From: Clostridia bacterium
GTDB lineage: Bacteria > Bacillota > Clostridia > Christensenellales > Aristaeellaceae
Direction: 5' to 3'
DNA: 64,000 bases
Assembly (NCBI GenBank): GCA_036645955.1
Contig: JAVXND010000002.1
Coordinates: 36,845-100,844, forward strand
Shown one piece after another: positions 57,092 through 64,000 of this stretch. The notes below the pieces were generated by a model. That model saw only the letters and a list, made by a program, of their open reading frames with translations, had not been told where the DNA came from and did not search any database. How positions within the stretch are numbered: the stretch's first letter is position 1; the number at the start of each line of letters is the position of its first letter. Made by a program: the position numbers and the translations under genes.

Positions 57092-57334
57092 TTATTTGAG
57101 ACGGGTCAGGACTTCGTTTTCAAAGAAGTTTTTGGTATCTTCGGGTTTCAATGAAAAATTTTCATCGTCGATGGTTACGCAAACACCGTTTTGGCAATTG
57201 CCCATGCAAAACTTCCCAGCCAGCTCAATTTTATCTTTAAGCTCGCTTTCAGCGACCAAGCGCTGCATTTCCTCTACGATTTGGCGTGAACCCTTCAGGT
57301 GACAGCTCGAACCGATACAAATGGTAATTTTCAT
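57092..57334 (-). CDS. Thioredoxin-like [2Fe-2S] ferredoxin (NuoE/HndA-like small protein)
   Basis: 80 aa, MKITICIGSSCHLKGS...FCMGNCQNGV, i.e. a C-x4-C...C-x3-C pattern. Confidence 0.75.
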   Translation of the reverse strand: MKITICIGSSCHLKGSRQIVEEMQRLVAESELKDKIELAGKFCMGNCQNGVCVTIDDENFSLKPEDTKNFFENEVLTRLK

Positions 57335-57380
57335 AATGAGTGCTATGCTCCTTTGCTTGATGGTCGGCGTTGAAGGAGAG

Positions 57381-57403
57381 GCCTGAGGGCTTAGCCCTCA
57401 GGC
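57381..57403 (-). other. 10-bp GC-rich stem-loop in the 99-nt spacer between the kinase-fold gene and the ferredoxin gene
   Basis: GCCTGAGGGC - tta - GCCCTCAGGC. No U-tract on the minus strand, so it may be a processing/stability element or a weak attenuator. Confidence 0.5.
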
Positions 57404-57433
57404 TGAAACTGTAGGACGTGGACAACCAATGCA

Positions 57434-58186
57434 TTATTCGTAATCGACTACGTTAACCCAGTGCAATAGGAATTCGCGCTCCTCTGCCTTGCCCTTGACG
57501 CTTTGGCTTGCCGCTACAATGGGAATCCATTTTTGCACGTATTGCTTTGCGGTATCGCTCTTTTTGCAGAACAGATCCAGATACTTTTCGGCACCGTCAA
57601 TATCGCCTGCCAGCCAAAACAACAAGTAGGTGCGTGCCGCGTCTGCGCTGGCATTTCCCTGCGTGGCATGCGACCAGTCCAAAATGTAGGGCGCATTGTC
57701 GCTTTTGCGGATGATGATATTCTTGGGATCAAAATCGCCGTGGCAGAGCTTGTTGTGAATGGGCATGCCCTCCAAACGGGTATGCAGCTCGTAACGCGTG
57801 GTGGCATCTAACCCGCTCATGCTGATTTTGCGGTTCATTTTGTCGCGCAGCTTGTTAAGCAGAGGGCAGGTTTGCTTGTGAACGCTCAACTGCAAATCCA
57901 CAAATTGCTCCATGTACTGATCGTACTGGGCGGGGTTTTCCTCCATGAGGGCAGCGAGCGTCTTGCCTTCGATGAATTCACTTACAATGGACCATTTGCC
58001 GTTGTATTTTGTGACTTCCTCAAGCGTGGGTACGTTGAGTGCTGTTTCCTCTACGCGGGCTTGGTTGAGAGCCTCGTTGAGCACATCAGCCTTGCTGTAA
58101 TCACTGTCGAATACCTTGATGACATATTCGCCGTCGCGGTAAACGGTCTTGTTGGTGCGCACTGCAATTACCTTTTCTGGCTTCAT
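57434..58186 (-). CDS. Protein-kinase-fold phosphotransferase (APH/ChoK-like family)
   Basis: VIKVF (beta-3 Lys region), catalytic-loop-like LCHGDFDPKNIII (HGDxxxxN), and ILDWSHA (Mg-binding Asp). RBS AAGGAGG with a 7-nt spacer. The gene starts 21 nt after the adhE stop. Confidence 0.75.
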   Translation of the reverse strand: MKPEKVIAVRTNKTVYRDGEYVIKVFDSDYSKADVLNEALNQARVEETALNVPTLEEVTKYNGKWSIVSEFIEGKTLAALMEENPAQYDQYMEQFVDLQLSVHKQTCPLLNKLRDKMNRKISMSGLDATTRYELHTRLEGMPIHNKLCHGDFDPKNIIIRKSDNAPYILDWSHATQGNASADAARTYLLFWLAGDIDGAEKYLDLFCKKSDTAKQYVQKWIPIVAASQSVKGKAEEREFLLHWVNVVDYE

Positions 58187-58207
58187 AAGATCGCCTCCTT
58201 GCTTCCT

Positions 58208-60820
58208 TTACTTATTTTCATCGCCATAGTAGGCGTTCAAGTACATTTGCTTGATTTCCTTCATGAGCGGGTAGCGGGGGTTTGCGCCGGTGCATTGGTC
58301 ATCAAACGCTTGCTCAACCATGTCGTCCAAACGGGCAAGGAAATCGGTTTCGTCAATTCCGTAGGCTTTGATTGTGGGCTTGATCCCGATTTTGCCTTTG
58401 AGGTCATCAATGGCCGCAATCAGGCTTGCTACCTTTTGGTCGTCTGTTTTTCCGCCCAATCCAAGTGCGTCCGCAACCATTGCGTATCTTGCCATGGTGT
58501 GAGGGTGGTCGTACTGCGGGAAGGTACCCATTTTGGTGGGAACCTCGGCGGCGTTAAAGCGGATGACCTCGTTAATCATGAGCGCATTGGCTACGCCGTG
58601 GGGCAGGTGGTGGAAAGCGCCCAGCTTATGCGCCATGGAGTGGCAAACCCCTAGGAAAGCATTTGCAAATGCCATACCAGCCATGGTGGCCGCGTTGGCC
58701 ATTTTCTCGCGGGCAATGGCATCGCTGAGGCCATCGTTATAGGCGCGGGGCAGGTAAGCAAAAATCATCTTGAGGCTTTGCAGTGCAAGACCGTCGGTGT
58801 AGTCGGTTGCGAGCATGCTGGCAATGGCTTCAAGGTCGTGGGTAACAGCGTCAATACCGCTTGCGGAGGTAAGACCCTTGGGTGCGTTCATCATGAGGTC
58901 CGCATCCACAATGGCCATTTTGGGCATAAGCTCATAATCTGCCAATGGGTATTTGACACCCGTTTGCTCGTCCGTAATCACGGCGAAGGGGGTAACCTCA
59001 CTGCCTGTACCTGCGGTGGTAGGCACGGCGATAAAGTAAGCCTTTTCGCCCATCTTGGGGAATTGATAGATACGTTTGCGAATATCGCTGAAACGCATGG
59101 CCATATCGAGGAAATCCGCTTCGGGATGCTCGTAGAGCACCCACATGATTTTTGCGGCATCCATGGCACTGCCGCCGCCGATGGCGATAATGCAATCAGG
59201 CGCAAAGGCGGTCATGGCGGCGCAGCCTTCACGGGCAGAGGCCAAGGTCGGGTCGGGCGCAACATTAAAGAAAGTAGCGTGGGTAATGCCCATTTCATCC
59301 AAACGGTCTGTAACCGCTTTGGTGTAGCCGTTTTGGAAGAGGAACTGGTCGGTGACGATAAAGACCTTCTTCTTATTCATCACGTTCTTGAGCTCTTGAA
59401 GCGCTACGGGCAGGCAACCCTTCTTGATATAGACCTTTTCGGGCGCACGGAACCACAGCATATTCTCTCTCCTCTCGGCAACGGTTTTGATGTTGAGCAA
59501 GTGCTTTACGCCAACGTTTTCGCTCACGGAGTTGCCGCCCCAAGAGCCACAGCCAAGCGTGAGGGAGGGGGCAAACTTGAAGTTGTACAGATCTCCAATG
59601 CCGCCCTGCGAGGAGGGCGTGTTAACCACGATACGGCAGGTTTCAACCATTTGGGCAAACTTCATGAGCTTTTCGCGCTGGGTGTTGGGGTTTAGGTAAA
59701 TAGAAGCGGTGTGACCATGGCCGCCATCCTCAATGAGGCGTTCGGCTTTCTTTGCCGCATCTTCAAAATCCTTGGCTTTATACATGGCAAGCACGGGGGA
59801 GAGCTTTTCGTGAGCAAACTCTTCGCTTAGCTCCACACTTTCCACTTCACCGATCAAAATCTTTGTGCTTTCAGGCACGGCAACGCCTGCAATGGCGGCA
59901 ATTTTGAAGGCGGATTGGCCCACGATTTTGGCATTGAGGGAGCCGTTGATGATGATGGTGCGGCGAACCTTGTCCAGATCCTCCCCTTCAAGGAAGAAAC
60001 AGCCGCGAGCGGCAAACTCCTTGCGCACTTCCTTGTAAATGCTTGCGGGTACAATCACGCTCTGCTCGGAGGCGCAAATCATGCCGTTATCGAAGGTTTT
60101 GGAATGGATGATGGAGTTGACGGCAAGCAGAATATCCGCGCTTTCATCAATGATGGCGGGTACGTTGCCAGCGCCTACGCCTAGGGCAGGCTTGCCGCTG
60201 GAATAAGCGGCGCGAACCATGCCGGGGCCGCCTGTGGCAAGGGTTAAATCACAATCCCGCATGACCATGTTGGTCATTTCAAGGCTGGGCACATCCACCC
60301 AGCTGATAATGCTTTCAGGTGCGCCTGCCGCAACGGCCGCATCCAGCACTACCTTTGCGGCAGCAATGGTGGAGCGCTTTGCACGCGGGTGGGGGGAAAT
60401 GATGATGCCGTTACGCGTTTTCAGCGCAATCAGCGTCTTAAAAATGGCGGTGGAGGTGGGGTTTGTGGTGGGAATGACTGCGGCAATGACCCCAATGGGA
60501 TCAGCAATTTTGGTAATGCCGTAGGCTTTGTCTTCTTCTATGATACCACAAGTTTTGGTGTCGCGGTAGGCGTTATAAATATATTCGGAGGCAAAATGAT
60601 TTTTGATGACTTTGTCCTCTACAATGCCCATACCCGTTTCCTCAACGGCGAGCTTTGCTAAGGGCAAGCGCATCTTATTGGCAGCCATGGCGGCTGCAAA
60701 GAAAATATGATCTACTTGCTCTTGAGTGTATTCGGAGAATTTCCTTTGTGCTGCACGCACGCGTGTGATTTCTTCCTCAAGGCGTTCCACGGTGTCTACA
60801 GTGCTGCGGGTGTCAATCAT
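58208..60820 (-). CDS. adhE: Bifunctional acetaldehyde-CoA/alcohol dehydrogenase
   Basis: 870 aa. N-terminal ALDH domain (catalytic-Cys region FDNGMICASEQS). C-terminal Fe-ADH domain (GGGSAMDAAK, HSMAHKLG). Confidence 0.95.
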   Translation of the reverse strand: MIDTRSTVDTVERLEEEITRVRAAQRKFSEYTQEQVDHIFFAAAMAANKMRLPLAKLAVEETGMGIVEDKVIKNHFASEYIYNAYRDTKTCGIIEEDKAYGITKIADPIGVIAAVIPTTNPTSTAIFKTLIALKTRNGIIISPHPRAKRSTIAAAKVVLDAAVAAGAPESIISWVDVPSLEMTNMVMRDCDLTLATGGPGMVRAAYSSGKPALGVGAGNVPAIIDESADILLAVNSIIHSKTFDNGMICASEQSVIVPASIYKEVRKEFAARGCFFLEGEDLDKVRRTIIINGSLNAKIVGQSAFKIAAIAGVAVPESTKILIGEVESVELSEEFAHEKLSPVLAMYKAKDFEDAAKKAERLIEDGGHGHTASIYLNPNTQREKLMKFAQMVETCRIVVNTPSSQGGIGDLYNFKFAPSLTLGCGSWGGNSVSENVGVKHLLNIKTVAERRENMLWFRAPEKVYIKKGCLPVALQELKNVMNKKKVFIVTDQFLFQNGYTKAVTDRLDEMGITHATFFNVAPDPTLASAREGCAAMTAFAPDCIIAIGGGSAMDAAKIMWVLYEHPEADFLDMAMRFSDIRKRIYQFPKMGEKAYFIAVPTTAGTGSEVTPFAVITDEQTGVKYPLADYELMPKMAIVDADLMMNAPKGLTSASGIDAVTHDLEAIASMLATDYTDGLALQSLKMIFAYLPRAYNDGLSDAIAREKMANAATMAGMAFANAFLGVCHSMAHKLGAFHHLPHGVANALMINEVIRFNAAEVPTKMGTFPQYDHPHTMARYAMVADALGLGGKTDDQKVASLIAAIDDLKGKIGIKPTIKAYGIDETDFLARLDDMVEQAFDDQCTGANPRYPLMKEIKQMYLNAYYGDENK

Positions 60821-60841
60821 GGTTTCCCATCCCCTTTCTGT

Positions 60842-60859
60842 TCGTTAAAAGTTTAACAT
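60842..60859. promoter_or_regulatory. Rex-like operator upstream of adhE
   Basis: TCGTTAAAAGTTTAACAT matches TTGTTAA-N4-TTAACAA at 12 of 14 specified positions. It lies 22-39 nt upstream of the adhE ATG. Confidence 0.6.
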
Positions 60860-60919
60860 AATTGTGGCACGTTGTAAATGATGAACTTTATATAGTGATA
60901 TATAGTAATGGATATAACC

Positions 60920-60967
60920 AAAAAAGCGAAAAGAAAGCGCCCAAGTGCGAAGAGCCTTGGGCGCTTT
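60920..60967 (-). terminator. Rho-independent terminator after perR
   Basis: On the minus strand: AAAGCGCCCAAG - loop - CTTGGGCGCTTT followed by CTTTTCGCTTTTTT. Confidence 0.85.
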
Positions 60968-60977
60968 AACCATTTCG

Positions 60978-61361
60978 TTAAGGTTCGCATTCAGGGCAAA
61001 GCCCTACAAGCACAATGGAATGCCACTCCGTGGTATAGCCCGGAAGGCTTGCGGAAGCATTGTTGAGCGCTTCGTAATACGGCAGCTCTGTATCGACCAC
61101 CTTCAAGCATTTTCTGCATAGAAAATGGTAATGGTGCTTGGCATCGCAATCAAAATGGACGGGGCCGCTCGGCATGGGAATTCGTCCGATTTCATCATTG
61201 TCGGCCAATAGATTCAGGTTGCGGTACACGGTTGCGCGGCTGATGCGCGGATCCTTCACACGTGCCATTTCGTAGACCTCATCAGCTGTTGGATGGCTGT
61301 AATTGCCTTCAACAAGGCTTAACACCAGCCTGCGTTGCGGCGTGCTGCGGAGCTGCTTCAT
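60978..61361 (-). CDS. perR: Fur-family peroxide-responsive repressor (PerR-like)
   Basis: [31 protein letters not shown] and CPEC (structural Zn Cys4). There is a 4-nt overlap with the katA stop. Confidence 0.8.
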   Translation of the reverse strand: MKQLRSTPQRRLVLSLVEGNYSHPTADEVYEMARVKDPRISRATVYRNLNLLADNDEIGRIPMPSGPVHFDCDAKHHYHFLCRKCLKVVDTELPYYEALNNASASLPGYTTEWHSIVLVGLCPECEP

Positions 61362-62860
61362 ATGGTTGCGTTGATCAATTCCTGATGGCTGAGCGTAGAA
61401 AGCGCTTTGACCTTTTCCATGTCAAGCCCTGCGGCTTTCACAAAGCGAGTGCCATATTCAGGATCGGCTAAATAGCAATGGGCGGCATGACGAAGCTTGA
61501 TGTTTTCGGTGCAGGGGGCAATGTCGCCTGCGGTGTTGCTGATGAGCACGGCTTTTTGCTCCTCTGTGAGCACACGCCATAGATCGCCGCCTGCACGGAA
61601 GCAATCGTCGGTGGGGTCATCCTTGGGATCGTAACGGTACATAGCGCCTTCCAAATCAAGCGGCGGCTCCATGACCTCGGGCTGTGCGGTCCATGCGCCG
61701 TAGCTGTTGGGGGAATAGGCAGGAGCGGCACCATAATTGCCGTCCACACGCATGGCACCATCACGGTGATAATCGTTCACCTCGCAATGCGCGCGGTTGA
61801 CGGGAATGAGGTTATGGTTGACACCTAGGCGATAGCGCTGTGCATCACCATAGGCAAAGAGGCGGCCTTGCAAAAAGCGGTCGGGAGAAAAACCAATGCC
61901 AGGCACCACATGCGCGGGGGTGAAGGCGGACTGCTCAACCTCTGCAAAATAATTTTCGGGGTTGCGATTGAGCTCCAACACACCTACCTCAATGAGGGGG
62001 AATTCCTTGTGCTTCCATATTTTTGTGATATCGAAGGGGTTTTCGTAATGGTTTTTGGCTTGCTCCTCCGTCATGATCTGCACATACATGGTCCACTTGG
62101 GAAACTCGCCGCGTTCAATGGCTTCGTAGAGATCTTTCCCGTGATGCTCGCGATCCATGCCGTTGATTTTCATGGCTTCATCGTTGGTTAAGTTCTTAAT
62201 GCCCTGCTGGGTTTTGAAATGGAACTTGCACCATACGCGCTCGTTCTTTTCATTATAGAAGGAAAAAGTGTGCTCGCCGAAAAAATGCATGTTGCGGAAG
62301 GTGGCGGGTATGCCGCGATCGCTCATGACCACCGTAATTTGGTGAAAGCACTCAGGCAGCATGGTCCAAAAATCCCAGTTGTTTTGGGAGGAGCGGCGGC
62401 CTGTTTTGGGGTCGCGTTTCACGGCGCGGTTTAGGTCGGAGAAGTTATGCACATCGCGGATAAAAAAGGTGGGGGTGTTGTTGCCAACCAGATCCCAGTT
62501 GCCTTCTTCGGTATAGAACTTGACGGCAACGCCGCGAATATCGCGTTCGCAATCTGCCGCGCCGCGCTCGCCGGCAACGGTTGAAAAACGCAGAAAGAGC
62601 TCTGTTTCCTTACCAAGCTGGAGCACCTTGGCACGGGTGTACTTAGAAATGTCCTTGGTAATGGTCAGCTTGCCATAAGCGCCCCAGCCTTTGGCATGCA
62701 TACGGCGTTCGGGAATGACCTCGCGGTTAAAGTGCGCCATTTTTTCAAGAAGCCAAACATCCTGCATGACAACCGGACCGCGAGGACCAGCGGTAATTGC
62801 GTTTTCATTGTCAGCAACGGGAGCGCCAACTTCATTGGTGAGCTTTTTAAAATCATCCAT
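61358..62860 (-). CDS. katA: Monofunctional heme catalase
   Basis: [31 protein letters not shown] and the proximal Tyr region [14 protein letters not shown]. Strong RBS AAAGGAGG. Confidence 0.93.
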   Translation of the reverse strand: MDDFKKLTNEVGAPVADNENAITAGPRGPVVMQDVWLLEKMAHFNREVIPERRMHAKGWGAYGKLTITKDISKYTRAKVLQLGKETELFLRFSTVAGERGAADCERDIRGVAVKFYTEEGNWDLVGNNTPTFFIRDVHNFSDLNRAVKRDPKTGRRSSQNNWDFWTMLPECFHQITVVMSDRGIPATFRNMHFFGEHTFSFYNEKNERVWCKFHFKTQQGIKNLTNDEAMKINGMDREHHGKDLYEAIERGEFPKWTMYVQIMTEEQAKNHYENPFDITKIWKHKEFPLIEVGVLELNRNPENYFAEVEQSAFTPAHVVPGIGFSPDRFLQGRLFAYGDAQRYRLGVNHNLIPVNRAHCEVNDYHRDGAMRVDGNYGAAPAYSPNSYGAWTAQPEVMEPPLDLEGAMYRYDPKDDPTDDCFRAGGDLWRVLTEEQKAVLISNTAGDIAPCTENIKLRHAAHCYLADPEYGTRFVKAAGLDMEKVKALSTLSHQELINATI

Positions 62861-62905
62861 TATTTATATCCTCCTTTTGTATTTTGATCTCCTGAGCATA
62901 TAAAA

Positions 62906-62934
62906 ATTGTAGCACCAGTGTCATAAGATGTCAA
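62906..62934 (-). promoter_or_regulatory. Near-consensus sigma-A promoter of katA-perR
   Basis: On the minus strand: TTGACA, a 17-nt spacer, then TACAAT. Confidence 0.75.
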
Positions 62935-62937
62935 TAC

Positions 62938-62958
62938 TATTAGGAATGAATCCTAATA
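62938..62958. promoter_or_regulatory. 21-bp near-perfect palindrome abutting the katA -35 (candidate Fur-family/PerR operator)
   Basis: TATTAGGAAT-g-AATCCTAATA: 9 of 10 arm positions are complementary, with an odd centre as in Fur-family boxes. Confidence 0.5.
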
Positions 62959-62967
62959 ATAATTTCG

Positions 62968-63000
62968 AAAATAAAAAGCGCAACGCAAAAGAATTGCGCT
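62968..63000 (-). terminator. Rho-independent terminator after nagB
   Basis: On the minus strand: AGCGCAA - loop - TTGCGCT followed by TTTTTATTTT. Confidence 0.7.
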
Positions 63001-63024
63001 GCGCCTAAAAAAGCAAGAGGGTGT

Positions 63025-63750
63025 TTACAGCAAACCAGCCGCCGCTTTGTCAAGCAGGAAGATGACATCGGGGTGCGTGCGAAGAATGCTGGCCTGTGTT
63101 TTGGGGTTGATGTCCTCGCAGATGGCTTTATGAATGGCATCCGCTTTATCAGCGCCTGTGGCAAGCAACAGCACTTGACGGGCATTCATGATGCTGCCCA
63201 CGCCCAAGCTGATGGCTTGGCGCGGAACGTCTTTTTCGTCATCGAAAAAGCGGCGATTGGCTTCGATGGTGCTCTGTGTGAGGTTGACTATGTGGCAGCC
63301 ATAGACAAAGGTATCCGCAGGCTCGTTAAAGCCGATGTGACCATTGCGGCCAATGCCCAAGATTTGAAGATCAATGCCGCCCGCATGGCTAATGGCAGTA
63401 TCATAACGAGTGCATTCTTCTTGAAGGTTGGCGGCGTTGCCATCGGGTACACGCGTATTGGCGGGATCGATGTTAATGTGCTTGAAGAGCTCTTCGTTCA
63501 TAAAGCTATGGTAGCTGCACTCGTGCGTAATGGGCAAAGCACAGTATTCATCCAAATTGAAAGAGTGGGTGAGTGAAAAGTCAAGAACGCCGCCCTTGCA
63601 AAGGCGAGCCAATTCTTGATAGGTGGGGATGGGGGTGGAGCCCGTGGCTAGGCCAAGCACGGAGCTGGGTTTGCGCATGACTTGCGCGGCAATGAGTGTA
63701 GCGGCTGCTTTGCCGACTTGCTCGGCGGTGTCAAAAAGATGAATCTGCAT
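63025..63750 (-). CDS. nagB: Glucosamine-6-phosphate deaminase
   Basis: LGLATGSTP, NLDEY, LGIGRNGHIGFNEP. Start is ATG 63750 after GGGAGG. Confidence 0.92.
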   Translation of the reverse strand: MQIHLFDTAEQVGKAAATLIAAQVMRKPSSVLGLATGSTPIPTYQELARLCKGGVLDFSLTHSFNLDEYCALPITHECSYHSFMNEELFKHINIDPANTRVPDGNAANLQEECTRYDTAISHAGGIDLQILGIGRNGHIGFNEPADTFVYGCHIVNLTQSTIEANRRFFDDEKDVPRQAISLGVGSIMNARQVLLLATGADKADAIHKAICEDINPKTQASILRTHPDVIFLLDKAAAGLL

Positions 63751-63834
63751 AGAAAAGCCTCCCTGTTGCATTTGAATACGTGTTTTAGAAAGTGCATGAT
63801 GCACCACGCTTCATACGTAATACATCTTGTGAAA

Positions 63835-63863
63835 AGTATATCACTCGCGTATTATCATGTCAA
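63835..63863 (-). promoter_or_regulatory. Sigma-A-type promoter of nagB
   Basis: On the minus strand: TTGACA, a 17-nt spacer, then TATACT. This implies a leader of about 80 nt. Confidence 0.65.
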
Positions 63864-64000
63864 GAGCTACATACGGCTGTTTGAAAACTGGGCAAACAGC
63901 CCATAATATTCGAGAAATTTAGGCACTCTTGCCCCAAATGAAAACTATGATGTTTTTTCTTCATTTTTTTCAATTTTCATATTGACAAATGAATCGTTTA

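Noticed and set aside
57872-59695. Long plus-strand ORFs (260 aa at 57872-58654; 305 aa at 58778-59695).
   Set aside because: They lie antisense to the confidently identified kinase-fold and adhE genes, have no RBS, and have a Gly/Ala/Val/His-rich composition typical of shadow ORFs in GC-biased coding DNA.
1-64000. CRISPR arrays, tRNA/rRNA genes, IS elements, integrases and toxin-antitoxin pairs.
   Set aside because: Manual reading found no direct-repeat/spacer architecture, no rRNA/tRNA-like conserved strings, and no transposase, integrase or recombinase motifs. Small ORFs under 60 aa were not systematically evaluated.

Overview
This 64 kb window looks like a chromosomal segment of a moderately GC-rich Bacillota/Clostridia-like anaerobe; the taxon is inferred from gene content and conserved gene order. 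Coding density is high, with about 50 CDS. I saw no rRNA, tRNA, CRISPR array, IS element or prophage. Calls rest on motifs read from the ORF translations, RBS spacing and synteny, because no database search was possible.

Recognisable content, in order:
- A 5'-truncated, AT-rich WYL-domain gene at the left edge.
- A giant (~2610 aa) cyclic beta-1,2-glucan synthase-like gene.
- An esterase and an aldo/keto reductase-FeS fusion.
- pfkA, rqcH, then gerM / rph-rdgB fusion / phosphoesterase.
- An iscR-nifS-nifU-hflX unit in which HflX carries an N-terminal JAB/JAMM-motif domain.
- Three VanY/M15B-like genes bracketing parA-parB; the third has lost all metal ligands.
- ybaK, a P/Q-rich membrane protein, asp23-yloV-recG and trmL.
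- Two tandem family-4-type uracil-DNA glycosylases.
- nfeD-floA-small membrane protein-orphan LytTR regulator.
- nudC, a degenerate Wzz/BY-kinase-like gene plus a PG-binding protein, ilvE, an RluA-family synthase and a Cof phosphatase.
- A heterodimeric ABC exporter pair.
- A low-GC, sortase-type surface protein.
- nagB and a katA-perR operon.

The most interesting locus is an ~8 kb minus-strand unit: adhE, a kinase-fold protein, a [2Fe-2S] ferredoxin, a PAS-containing sensory-type [FeFe]-hydrogenase (HydS-like), a PP2C phosphatase, and a second [FeFe]-hydrogenase. A Rex-like operator precedes it. This is a putative H2/redox-sensing phospho-signalling module whose mechanism and output are not evident from the sequence.
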